From Nemertoderma westbladi (Eukaryota; Animalia; Xenacoelomorpha): 64,000 bases of DNA. Positions 16,155 to 29,600 of this stretch are shown one piece after another; position 1 is the stretch's first letter; every line of letters starts with the position of its first letter. The stretch covers positions 50,119 to 114,118 of the forward strand of contig JAUCBJ010007844.1 in the NCBI GenBank assembly GCA_032718475.1, written 5' to 3'. The position numbers and the translations under genes are program-made. Under the pieces are notes generated by a model. It saw nothing but the letters and a program-made list of their open reading frames with translations. It was not told the DNA's origin and searched no databases.

Positions 16155-17585
16155 ACTACTACTACTACTAGGATCGGCATGCTGCATTGCAGCTGCATTT
16201 TTAAGAATGCTGTGCCGGCTTGTCAACAAAATTGCACCGCCACAACTCCCTATCACCCATGACATTTGCTAGATCATCCGCATCTTTAAGGCCAGTGTCC
16301 TTTAAGATGCGTCTCAAGAAAGTCATGGGCTGTCCACCATGCTTATTCACTCCATGAGGCTGCCAAAGTACAAGATTATGCACTGGCTGGTCCTCACGGC
16401 GAAAGCAATGTCCTGCAAAGCGGAGGCGATTTTGTTCTAGTGTCAAGCTTGGGGGAACCAATGAGACACCTCCAATGTTATATAGTGTCTGGTTGGAGAT
16501 GTGTGCATTGTACTTGACACAATGTACCCGGCGTAGCATTCTTGTGAATGTGCCATCCAGAGATTTGGTGTCCTCAGCAGTTAGAGCCCAGCATGGACTC
16601 CCGTAGAGGAGTACTGGAACTACTGCTGCTCTGAATAATCGGACCTTAAGTTTCCGATTAATTCTAGGTGACTTCCAAATCCTGGAAAGCCTATTCAAGG
16701 CTGCCCATGCCTTTCCCTTACGTATTCGAAGGTCCTCACCTGACTTCCGGATCCATGATCCCAGGTAACAGAAGTCGTCCACATGCTCAAGCATACCATC
16801 CTTTGAGCTTATGCTCATCCGATCAGAGACTTGCTGAGGACTTTCAAAGTTAACTGTCAGAATTTTGGTCTTTCTGGAGTTAATAAAAAGACCAACACTA
16901 GTAGCAGCATGTTCTAATGAGCTGAGGAGCCGCTGGGCTCCCTCTAATGATTCTGAGAGTACTCCTAAGTCATCAGCAAAGTCTAGATCAGTTAGATACT
17001 TGGCAGGATTTCCTCGACTTCTGGAGCCAGTAGGTGGAGTTATCATCACCCCATCATCATTATGATGATCTAAGGACATGCGTAGAACATAGTCAACCAC
17101 AATAATGAACAAGAATGGTGCAAGTGTGTCTCCTTGGAGGACGCCCCATAACACTTCAAATGGTTCTGTGTCACCATCAACAGTAGACACAAATGTTGTC
17201 GAACCATCGTATACTGATCTGATTGCTGCAATAATTTCATCAGGAATCTCATATAATGAAAGTATGCTGAACATACGTGAGCGAGAGACTGAATCAAAGG
17301 CCTTGAAGAAGTCAACAAAGATAACAGCCAGATGCCTGTCTTTCTTTTTTGATAACTCTTCAATTATCCTTCTAAGTGCCAAAATGGGCTCCATGGTCCC
17401 ACGACCTTTACGGAACCCATTCTGATTTCCACGTAGCAGTCTCTCAATGGGATCCCTGATGCGATTTAATAGAATTCTATTGTATAGTTTTGCAGCAATC
17501 GAGATCAATGAGATTCCCCGAAAAGAACCATAGAGTGTTAGGTTGCCCTTCTTGGGAACTGGCACCAACTTATTTGTTTTCATTT
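16155..17585 (-). mobile_element. 5'-truncated RTE-clade non-LTR retrotransposon (~1.43 kb)
   Basis: Non-satellite insert with an RT ORF on the minus strand, ~30-nt 3' UTR (16171-16200), (TAG)n tail (plus strand TACTACTAC..., 16151-16170) and long TSD. Confidence 0.93.
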
Positions 17586-17604
17586 CTCCTATATGGAGCA
17601 TCAA
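16201..17604 (-). CDS. RTE-type reverse transcriptase plus C-terminal region (N-terminally truncated; first ~6 codons come from satellite)
   Basis: Motifs VPVPKKGNL, FRGISLISIAAKLYNRILLNRI, NQNGFRKGRG, FVDFFKAFDSV, GVLQGDTLAPFLF, DLDFADD, FCYLGS, VLLYGSPCW, RLRFAGHCFR. No endonuclease domain and no internal stops. Confidence 0.93.
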   Translation of the reverse strand: MMLHIGEMKTNKLVPVPKKGNLTLYGSFRGISLISIAAKLYNRILLNRIRDPIERLLRGNQNGFRKGRGTMEPILALRRIIEELSKKKDRHLAVIFVDFFKAFDSVSRSRMFSILSLYEIPDEIIAAIRSVYDGSTTFVSTVDGDTEPFEVLWGVLQGDTLAPFLFIIVVDYVLRMSLDHHNDDGVMITPPTGSRSRGNPAKYLTDLDFADDLGVLSESLEGAQRLLSSLEHAATSVGLFINSRKTKILTVNFESPQQVSDRMSISSKDGMLEHVDDFCYLGSWIRKSGEDLRIRKGKAWAALNRLSRIWKSPRINRKLKVRLFRAAVVPVLLYGSPCWALTAEDTKSLDGTFTRMLRRVHCVKYNAHISNQTLYNIGGVSLVPPSLTLEQNRLRFAGHCFRREDQPVHNLVLWQPHGVNKHGGQPMTFLRRILKDTGLKDADDLANVMGDRELWRCNFVDKPAQHS

Positions 17605-17669
17605 TCAGAAGTTAGAACCAGTACTCCTATATGGAGTCAGTCCATCAATCATAAGTTAGAACCAGTACT
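17586..17669 (+). repeat. Right copy of 84-bp target-site duplication
   Basis: Identical to 16071-16154; starts immediately after the element end ...CATTT. Confidence 0.85.
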
Positions 17670-20600
17670 CCTATATGGAGTCCATCATACAGCAGTTAGA
17701 ACCAGTACTCCTTCCTATATGGATTCCATCATACAGCAGTTAGAACCAGTACTCCTATATGGAGTCCATCATACAGCTGTTAGAACCAGTACTCCTATAT
17801 GGAGTCCATCAATCAGAAGTTAGAACCAGTACTCCTATATGGAGTCAGTCCATCAATCATAAGTTAGAACCAGTACTCCTATATGGAGTCCATCATACAG
17901 CAGTTAGAACCAGTACTCCTTCCTATATGGAGTCCATCATACAGCAGATAGAACCAGTACTCCTATATGGAGTCCATCATACAGCAGTCAGAACCAGTAC
18001 TTCTATATGGAGACCATCATACAGCAGTTAGAACCAGTAGTCCTATATAGGACCAGTACTCCTATATGGAGTCCATCAATCAGAAGTTAGAACCAGTACT
18101 CCTTTATGGAGTCCTTCAATCAGAAGTTAGAACCAGTACTCCTATATGGAGTCCATCAATCAGAAGTTAGAACTAGTACTCCTTTATGGAGTCCATCAAT
18201 CAGAAGTTAGAACCAGTACTCCTATATGGAGTCCATCATACAGCAGTTAGAATCAGTACTCCTATATGGAGTCCATCATACAAAAGTTAGAACCATACAG
18301 CAGTTAGAACCAGTACTCCTATATGGAGTCCATCATACAGCAGTTAGAACCAGTTCTCCTATATGGAGCATCAATCAGCAGATAGAACCAGGAACCAGTA
18401 CTCCTATATGGATTCCATCATACAGCAGTTAGAACCAGTACTCCTATATGGAGTCCATCATACAGCAGTTAGAACCAGTACTCCTATATGGAGTCCATCA
18501 TACAGCAGTTAGAACCAGTACTCCTATATGGAGTCCATCAATCAGAAGTTAGAACCAGTACTCCTATATGGAGTCCATCAATCAGAAGTTAGAACCAGTA
18601 CTCCTATATGGAGTCCATCATACAGCAGTTAGAATCAGTACTCCTATATGGAGTCCATCATACAAAAGTTAGAACCAGTACTCCTATATGGAGTCCATCA
18701 TACAGCAGTTAGAACTCCTATATGGAGTCCATCATACAGCAGTTAGAATCAGTACTCCTATATGGAGTCCATCATACAGCAGTTAGAACCAGTACTCCTA
18801 TATGGAGTCCATCATGCAGCAGTTAGAACCAGTACTCCTATATGGAGTCCATCATACAGCAGTTAGAACCAGTACTCCTATATGGAGTCCATCATACAGC
18901 AGTTAGAATCAGTACTCCTATATGGAGTTCATCAATCAGCAGTTAGAACCAGTACTCCTATATGGAGTCTATCAATCAGAAGTTAGAACCAGTACTCCTT
19001 TATGGAGTCCATCATACAGTAATTAGAACCAGTACTCCTCAATCAGCAGTTAGAACCAGTACTCCTATATGGAGTCCATCATACAGCAGTTAGAACCAGT
19101 ACTCCTATATGGAGTCCATCAATCAGAAGTTAGAACCAGTACTCCTATATGGAGTCCATCATACAGCAGTTAGAACCAGTACTCCTTCCTATATGGATTC
19201 CATCATACAGCAGTTAGAACCAGTACTCCTATATGGAGTCCATCATACAGCAGTTAGAACCAGTACTCCTATATGGAGTCCATCATACAGCAGTTAGAAC
19301 CAGTACTCCTTCCTATATGGATTCCATCATACAGCAGTTAGAACCAGTACTCCTATATGGAGTCCATCATACAGCAGTTAGAACCAGTACTCCTATATGG
19401 AGACCATCATACAGCAGTTAGAACCAGTACTCCTATATGGAGTCCATCATACAGCAGTTAGAACCAGTACTCCTATATGGAGTCCATCATACAGCAGTTA
19501 GAACCAGTACTCCTATATGGAGTCCATGATACAGCTGTTAGAACCAGTACTCCTATATGGAGTCCATCATACAGCAGTTAGAACCAGTACTCCTATATGG
19601 AGTCCATGATACAGCTGTTAGAACCAGTACTCCTATATGGAGACCATCATACAGCAGTTAGAACCAGTACTCCTATATGGAGTCCATCATACAGCAGTTA
19701 GAACCAGTACTCCTATATGGAGTCCATGATACAGCTGTTAGAACCAGTACTCCTATATGGAGTCCATCATACTGCAGTTAGAACCAGTACTCCTATATGG
19801 AGTCCATCATACAGCTGTTAGAACCAGTACTCCTATATGGAGTCCATCATACAGCAGTTAGAACCAGTACTCCTATATGGAGTCCATCATACAGCAGTTA
19901 GAACCAGTACTCATATATGGAGTCCATCATACAGCAGTTAGAACCAGTACTCCTATATGGAGACCATCATACAGCAGTTAGAACCAGTACTCCTATATGG
20001 AGTCCATCATACAGCAGTTAGAACCAGTACTCCTATATGGAGTCAGTTAGAACCAGTACTCCTATATGGAGTCCATCATACAGCAGTTAGAACCAGTACT
20101 CCTATATGGAGTCCATCATACAGCAGTTAGAATCAGTACTCCTATATGGAGTCCATCATACAAAAGTTAGAACCAGTACTCCTATATGGAGTCCATCATA
20201 CAGCAGTTAGAACTCCTATATGGAGTCCATCATACAGCAGTTAGAATCAGTACTCCTATATGGAGACCATCATACAGCAGTTAGAACCAGTACTCCTATA
20301 TGGAGTCCATCATACAGCAGTTAGAACCAGTACTCCTATATGGAGTCCATCATACAGCAGTTAGAACTCCTATATGGAGTCCATCATACAGCAGTTAGAA
20401 TCAGTACTCCTATATGGAGACCATCATACAGCAGTTAGAACCAGTACTCCTATATGGAGTCCATCAATCAGAAGTTAGAACCAGTACTCCTATATGGAGT
20501 CCATCATACAGCAGTTAGAATCAGTACTCCTATATGGAGTCCATCATACAAAAGTTAGAACCAGTACTCCTATATGGAGTCCATCATACAGCAGTTAGAA

Positions 20601-23600
20601 CTCCTATATGGAGTCCATCATACAGCAGTTAGAATCAGTACTCCTATATGGAGACCATCATACAGCAGTTAGAACCAGTACTCCTATATGGAGTCCATCA
20701 TACAGCAGTTAGAACCAGTACTCCTATATGGAGTCCATCATACAGCAGTTAGAACCAGTACTCCTATATGGAGTCCATCATACAGCAGTTAGAACCAGTA
20801 CTCCTATATGGAGTCCATGATACAGCTGTTAGAACCAGTACTCCTATATGGAGACCATCATACAGCAGTTAGAACCAGTACTCCTATATGGAGTCCATCA
20901 TACAGCAGTTAGAACCAGTACTCCTATATGGAGTCCATGATACAGCTGTTAGAACCAGTACTCCTATATGGAGTCCATCATACAGCAGTTAGAACCAGTA
21001 CTCCTATATGGAGTCCATGATACAGCTGTTAGAACCAGTACTCCTATATGGAGTCCATCATACAGCAGTTAGAACCAGTACTCCTATATGGAGTCCATGA
21101 TACAGCTGTTAGAACCAGTACTCCTATATGGAGACCATCATACAGCAGTTAGAACCAGTACTCCTATATGGAGTCCATCATACAGCAGTTAGAACCAGTA
21201 CTCCTATATGGAGTCCATGATACAGCTGTTAGAACCAGTACTCCTATATGGAGTCCATCATACAGCAGTTAGAACCAGTACTCCTATATGGAGTCCATCA
21301 TACAGCTGTTAGAACCAGTACTCCTATATGGAGTCCATCATACAGCAGTTAGAACCAGTACTCCTATATGGAGTCCATCATACAGCAGTTAGAACCAGTA
21401 CTCCTATTTGGAGTCCATCATACAGCAGTTAGAACCAGTACTCCTATATGGAGTCCATCATACAGCAGTTAGAACCAGTACTCATATATGGAGTCCATCA
21501 TACAGCAGTTAGAACCAGTACTCCTATATGGAGACCATCATACAGCAGTTAGAACCAGTACTCCTATATGGAGTCCATCATACAGCAGTTAGAACCAGTA
21601 CTCCTATATGGAGTCAGTTAGAACCAGTACTCCTATATGGAGTCCATGATACAGCTGTTAGAACCAGTACTCCTATATGGAGACCATCATACAGCAGTTA
21701 GAACCAGTACTCCTATATGGAGTCCATCATACAGCAGTTAGAACCAGTACTCCTATATGGAGACCATCATACAGCAGTTAGAACCAGTACTCCTATATGG
21801 AGTCCATCATACAGCAGTTAGAACCAGTACTCCTATATGGAGTCCATCATACAGCAGTTAGAACCAGTACTCCTATATGGAGTCCATCATACAGCAGTTA
21901 GAACCAGTACTCCTATATGGAGTCCATGATACAGCTGTTAGAACCAGTACTCCTATATGGAGACCATCATACAGCAGTTAGAACCAGTACTCCTATATGG
22001 AGTCCATCATACAGCAGTTAGAACCAGTACTCCTATATGGAGTCCATGATACAGCTGTTAGAACCAGTACTCCTATATGGAGTCCATCATACAGCAGTTA
22101 GAACCAGTACTCCTATATGGAGTCCATGATACAGCTGTTAGAACCAGTACTCCTATATGGAGTCCATCATACAGCAGTTAGAACCAGTACTCCTATATGG
22201 AGTCCATGATACAGCTGTTAGAACCAGTACTCCTATATGGAGACCATCATACAGCAGTTAGAACCAGTACTCCTATATGGAGTCCATCATACAGCAGTTA
22301 GAACCAGTACTCCTATATGGAGTCCATGATACAGCTGTTAGAACCAGTACTCCTATATGGAGTCCATCATACAGCAGTTAGAACCAGTACTCCTATATGG
22401 AGTCCATCATACAGCTGTTAGAACCAGTACTCCTATATGGAGTCCATCATACAGCAGTTAGAACCAGTACTCCTATATGGAGTCCATCATACAGCAGTTA
22501 GAACCAGTACTCCTATATGGAGTCCATCATACAGCAGTTAGAACCAGTACTCCTATATGGAGTCCATGATACAGCTGTTAGAACCAGTACTCCTATATGG
22601 AGACCATCATACAGCAGTTAGAACCAGTACTCCTATATGGAGCATCAATCAGAAGTTAGAACCAGTACTCCTATATGGAGTCAGTCCATCAATCATAAGT
22701 TAGAACCAGTACTCCTATATGGAGTCCATCATACAGCAGTTAGAACCAGTACTCCTTCCTATATGGAGTCCATCATACAGCTGTTAGAACCAGTACTCCC
22801 ATATGGAGACCATCATACAGCAGTTAGAACCAGTACTCCTATATGGAGTCCATCATACAGCAGTTAGAACCAGTACTCCTATATGGAGTCCATCATACGG
22901 CAGTTAGAACCAGTACTCCTATATGGAGTCCATCAATCAGAAGTTAGAACCAGTACTCCTATATGGAATCAGTCCATCAATCATAAGTTAGAACCAGTAC
23001 TCCTATATGGAGTCCATCATACAGCAGTTAGAACCAGTACTCCTTCCTATATGGAGTCCATCATACAGCAGATAGAACCAGTACTCCTATATGGAGTCCA
23101 TCATACAGCAGTCAGAACCAGTACTTCTATATGGAGACCATCATACAGCAGTTAGAACCAGTACTCCTATATAGAACCAGTTCTCCTATATGGAGTCCAT
23201 CAATCAGAAGTTAGAACCAGTACTCCTATATGGAGTCCATCATACAGCAGTTAGAATCAGTACTCCTATATGGAGTCTATCATACAGCAGTTAGAACCAG
23301 TACTCCTATATGGAGTCCATCATACAGCAGTTAGAACCAGTACTCCTATATGGAGTCCATCATACAGCAGTTAGAACCAGTACTCCTATATGGAGTCAAT
23401 CATACAGCAGTTAGAATCAGTACTCCTATATGGAGTTCATCAATCAGCAGTTAGAACCAGTACTCCATCAATCAGAAGTTAACCAGTACTCCTTTATGGA
23501 GTCTATCATACAGTAGTTAGAACCAGTACTCCTCAATCAGCAGTTAGAACCAGTACTCCTTTATGGAGTCCATCAATCAGAAGTTAGAACCAGTACTCCT

Positions 23601-26600
23601 ATATGGAGTCCATCATACAGCAGTTAGAATCAGTACTCCTATATGGAGCATCAATCAGCAGTTAGAACCAGTACTCCTATATGGAGTCCATCATACAGCA
23701 GTTAGAACCCGTACTCCTATATGGAGTCCATCATACAGCAGTTAGAACCAGTACTCCTATATGGAGTCCATCAATCAGAATCAGAAGTTAGAACCAGTAC
23801 TCCAATATGGAGTCCATCATACATCAGTTAGAACCAGTACTCCTATATGGAGTCCATCATACAGCAGTTAGAACCAGTACTCCTATATGGAGCATCAATC
23901 AGCAGATAGAACCAGGAACCAGTACTCCTATATGGATTCCATCATACAGCAGTTAGAACCAGTACTCCTATATGGAGTCCATCATACAGCAGTTAGAACC
24001 AGTACTCCTATATGGAGTCCATCATACAGCAGTTAGAACCAGTACTCCTATATGGAGTCCATCATACAGCAGTTAGAACCAGTACTCCTATATGGAGTCC
24101 ATCAATCAGAAGTTAGAACCAGTACTCCTATATGGAGTCCATCAATCAGAAGTTAGAACCAGTACTCCTATATGGAGTCCATCATACAGCAGTTAGAATC
24201 AGTACTCCTATATGAAGTCCATCATACAAAAGTTAGAACCAGTACTCCTATATGGAGTCCATCATACAGCAGTTAGAACTCCTATATGGAGTCCATCATA
24301 CAGCAGTTAGAATCAGTACTCCTATATGGAGTCCATCATACAGCAGTTAGAACCAGTACTCCTATATGGAGTCCATCATGCAGCAGTTAGAACCAGTACT
24401 CCTATATGGAGTCCATCATACAGCAGTTAGAACCAGTACTCCTATATGGAGTCCATCATACAGCAGTTAGAATCAGTACTCCTATATGGAGTTCATCAAT
24501 CAGCAGTTAGAACCAGTACTCCTATATGGAGTCCATCATACAGCTGTTAGAACCAGTACTCCTATATGGAGACCATCATACAGCAGTTAGAACCAGTACT
24601 CCTATATGGAGCATCAATCAGAAGTTAGAACCAGTACTCCTATATGGAGTCAGTCCATCAATCATAAGTTAGAACCAGTACTCCTATATGGAGTCCATCA
24701 TACAGCAGTTAGAACCAGTACTCCTTCCTATATGGAGTCCATCATACAGCTGTTAGAACCAGTACTCCTATATGGAGACCATCATACAGCAGTTAGAACC
24801 AGTACTCCTATATGGAGCATCAATCAGAAGTTAGAACCAGTACTCCAGTAGCAGTTAGAACCAGTACTCCTATATGGAGTCTATCAATCAGAAGTTAGAA
24901 CCAGTACTCCTTTATGGAGTCCATCATACAGTAATTAGAACCAGTACTCCGCAATCAGCAGTTAGAACCAGTACTCCTTTATGGAGTCCATCAATCAGAA
25001 GTTAGAACCAGTACTCCTATATGGAGTCCATCAATCAGAAGTTAGAACCAGTACTCCTATATGGAGTCCATCATACAGCAGTTAGAATCAGTACTCCTAT
25101 ATGAAGTCCATCATACAAAAGTTAGAACCAGTACTCCTATATGGAGTCCATCATACAGCAGTTAGAACTCCTATATGGAGTCCATCATACAGCAGTTAGA
25201 ATCAGTACTCCTATATGGAGTCCATCATACAGCAGTTAGAACCAGTACTCCTATATGGAGTCCATCATGCAGCAGTTAGAACCAGTACTCCTATATGGAG
25301 TCCATCATACAGCAGTTAGAACCAGTACTCCTATATGGAGTCCATCATACAGCAGTTAGAATCAGTACTCCTATATGGAGTTCATCAATCAGCAGTTAGA
25401 ACCAGTACTCCTATATGGAGTCCATCATACAGCTGTTAGAACCAGTACTCCTATATGGAGACCATCATACAGCAGTTAGAACCAGTACTCCTATATGGAG
25501 CATCAATCAGAAGTTAGAACCAGTACTCCTATATGGAGTCAGTCCATCAATCATAAGTTAGAACCAGTACTCCTATATGGAGTCCATCATACAGCAGTTA
25601 GAACCAGTACTCCTTCCTATATGGAGTCCATCATACAGCTGTTAGAACCAGTACTCCTATATGGAGACCATCATACAGCAGTTAGAACCAGTACTCCTAT
25701 ATGGAGCATCAATCAGAAGTTAGAACCAGTACTCCAGTAGCAGTTAGAACCAGTACTCCTATATGGAGTCTATCAATCAGAAGTTAGAACCAGTACTCCT
25801 TTATGGAGTCCATCATACAGTAATTAGAACCAGTACTCCGCAATCAGCAGTTAGAACCAGTACTCCTTTATGGAGTCCATCAATCAGAAGTTAGAACCAG
25901 TACTCCTATATGGAGTCCATCAATCAGAAGTTAGAACCAGTACTCCTATATGGAGTCCATCATACAGCAGTTAGAATCAGTACTCCTATATGGAGTCCAT
26001 CATACAAAAGTTAGAACCAGTACTCCTATATGGAGTCCATCATACAGCAGTTAGAACTCCTATATGGAGTCCATCATACAGCAGTTAGAACCAGTACTCC
26101 TATATGGAGACCATCATACAGCAGTTAGAACCAGTACTCCTATATGGAGTCCATCATACAGCAGTTAGAACCAGTACTCCTATATGGAGTCCATCATACA
26201 GCAGTTAGAACCAGTACTCCTATATGGAGTCCATCATACAGCAGTTAGAACCAGTACTCCTATATGGAGTCCATGATACAGCTGTTAGAACCAGTACTCC
26301 TATATGGAGACCATCATACAGCAGTTAGAACCAGTACTCCTATATGGAGTCCATCATACAGCAGTTAGAACCAGTACTCCTATATGGAGTCCATGATACA
26401 GCTGTTAGAACCAGTACTCCTATATGGAGTCCATCATACAGCAGTTAGAACCAGTACTCCTATATGGAGTCCATGATACAGCTGTTAGAACCAGTACTCC
26501 TATATGGAGTCCATCATACAGCAGTTAGAACCAGTACTCCTATATGGAGTCCATGATACAGCTGTTAGAACCAGTACTCCTATATGGAGACCATCATACA

Positions 26601-29600
26601 GCAGTTAGAACCAGTACTCCTATATGGAGTCCATCATACAGCAGTTAGAACCAGTACTCCTATATGGAGTCCATGATACAGCTGTTAGAACCAGTACTCC
26701 TATATGGAGTCCATCATACAGCAGTTAGAACCAGTACTCCTATATGGAGTCCATCATACAGCTGTTAGAACCAGTACTCCTATATGGAGTCCATCATACA
26801 GCAGTTAGAACCAGTACTCCTATATGGAGTCCATCATACAGCAGTTAGAACCAGTACTCCTATATGGAGTCCATCATACAGCAGTTAGAACCAGTACTCC
26901 TATATGGAGTCCATGATACAGCTGTTAGAACCAGTACTCCTATATGGAGACCATCATACAGCAGTTAGAACCAGTACTCCTATATGGAGCATCAATCAGA
27001 AGTTAGAACCAGTACTCCTATATGGAGTCAGTCCATCAATCATAAGTTAGAACCAGTACTCCTATATGGAGTCCATCATACAGCAGTTAGAACCAGTACT
27101 CCTTCCTATATGGAGTCCATCATACAGCTGTTAGAACCAGTACTCCCATATGGAGACCATCATACAGCAGTTAGAACCAGTACTCCTATATGGAGTCCAT
27201 CATACAGCAGTTAGAACCAGTACTCCTATATGGAGTCCATCATACGGCAGTTAGAACCAGTACTCCTATATGGAGTCCATCAATCAGAAGTTAGAACCAG
27301 TACTCCTATATGGAATCAGTCCATCAATCATAAGTTAGAACCAGTACTCCTATATGGAGTCCATCATACAGCAGTTAGAACCAGTACTCCTTCCTATATG
27401 GAGTCCATCATACAGCAGATAGAACCAGTACTCCTATATGGAGTCCATCATACAGCAGTCAGAACCAGTACTTCTATATGGAGACCATCATACAGCAGTT
27501 AGAACCAGTACTCCTATATAGAACCAGTTCTCCTATATGGAGTCCATCAATCAGAAGTTAGAACCAGTACTCCTATATGGAGTCCATCATACAGCAGTTA
27601 GAATCAGTACTCCTATATGGAGTCTATCATACAGCAGTTAGAACCAGTACTCCTATATGGAGTCCATCATACAGCAGTTAGAACCAGTACTCCTATATGG
27701 AGTCCATCATACAGCAGTTAGAACCAGTACTCCTATATGGAGTCAATCATACAGCAGTTAGAATCAGTACTCCTATATGGAGTTCATCAATCAGCAGTTA
27801 GAACCAGTACTCCATCAATCAGAAGTTAACCAGTACTCCTTTATGGAGTCCATCATACAGCAGTTAGAATCAGTACTCCTATATGAAGTCCATCATACAA
27901 AAGTTAGAACCAGTACTCCTATATGGAGTCCATCATACAGCAGTTAGAACTCCTATATGGAGTCCATCATACAGCAGTTAGAATCAGTACTCCTATATGG
28001 AGTCCATCATACAGCAGTTAGAACCAGTACTCCTATATGGAGTCCATCATGCAGCAGTTAGAACCAGTACTCCTATATGGAGTCCATCATACAGCAGTTA
28101 GAACCAGTACTCCTATATGGAGTCCATCATACAGCAGTTAGAATCAGTACTCCTATATGGAGTTCATCAATCAGCAGTTAGAACCAGTACTCCTATATGG
28201 AGTCCATCATACAGCTGTTAGAACCAGTACTCCTATATGGAGACCATCATACAGCAGTTAGAACCAGTACTCCTATATGGAGCATCAATCAGAAGTTAGA
28301 ACCAGTACTCCTATATGGAGTCAGTCCATCAATCATAAGTTAGAACCAGTACTCCTATATGGAGTCCATCATACAGCAGTTAGAACCAGTACTCCTTCCT
28401 ATATGGAGTCCATCATACAGCTGTTAGAACCAGTACTCCTATATGGAGACCATCATACAGCAGTTAGAACCAGTACTCCTATATGGAGCATCAATCAGAA
28501 GTTAGAACCAGTACTCCAGTAGCAGTTAGAACCAGTACTCCTATATGGAGTCTATCAATCAGAAGTTAGAACCAGTACTCCTTTATGGAGTCCATCATAC
28601 AGTAATTAGAACCAGTACTCCGCAATCAGCAGTTAGAACCAGTACTCCTTTATGGAGTCCATCAATCAGAAGTTAGAACCAGTACTCCTATATGGAGTCC
28701 ATCAATCAGAAGTTAGAACCAGTACTCCTATATGGAGTCCATCATACAGCAGTTAGAATCAGTACTCCTATATGGAGTCCATCATACAAAAGTTAGAACC
28801 AGTACTCCTATATGGAGTCCATCATACAGCAGTTAGAACCTCCTATATGGAGTCCATCATACAGCAGTTAGAATCAGTACTCCTATATGGAGACCATCAT
28901 ACAGCAGTTAGAACCAGTACTCCTATATGGAGTCCATCATACAGCAGTTAGAACCAGTACTCCTATATGGAGTCCATCATACAGCAGTTAGAACCAGTAC
29001 TCCTATATGGAGTCCATCATACAGCAGTTAGAACCAGTACTCCTATATGGAGTCCATGATACAGCTGTTAGAACCAGTACTCCTATATGGAGACCATCAT
29101 ACAGCAGTTAGAACCAGTACTCCTATATGGAGTCCATCATACAGCAGTTAGAACCAGTACTCCTATATGGAGTCCATGATACAGCTGTTAGAACCAGTAC
29201 TCCTATATGGAGTCCATCATACAGCAGTTAGAACCAGTACTCCTATATGGAGTCCATGATACAGCTGTTAGAACCAGTACTCCTATATGGAGTCCATCAT
29301 ACAGCAGTTAGAACCAGTACTCCTATATGGAGTCCATGATACAGCTGTTAGAACCAGTACTCCTATATGGAGACCATCATACAGCAGTTAGAACCAGTAC
29401 TCCTATATGGAGTCCATCATACAGCAGTTAGAACCAGTACTCCTATATGGAGTCCATGATACAGCTGTTAGAACCAGTACTCCTATATGGAGTCCATCAT
29501 ACAGCAGTTAGAACCAGTACTCCTATATGGAGTCCATCATACAGCTGTTAGAACCAGTACTCCTATATGGAGTCCATCATACAGCAGTTAGAACCAGTAC

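Noticed and set aside
16668-17425. Short ORFs overlapping the RTE RT
   Set aside because: Antisense or alternate-frame shadows with no recognisable motifs.
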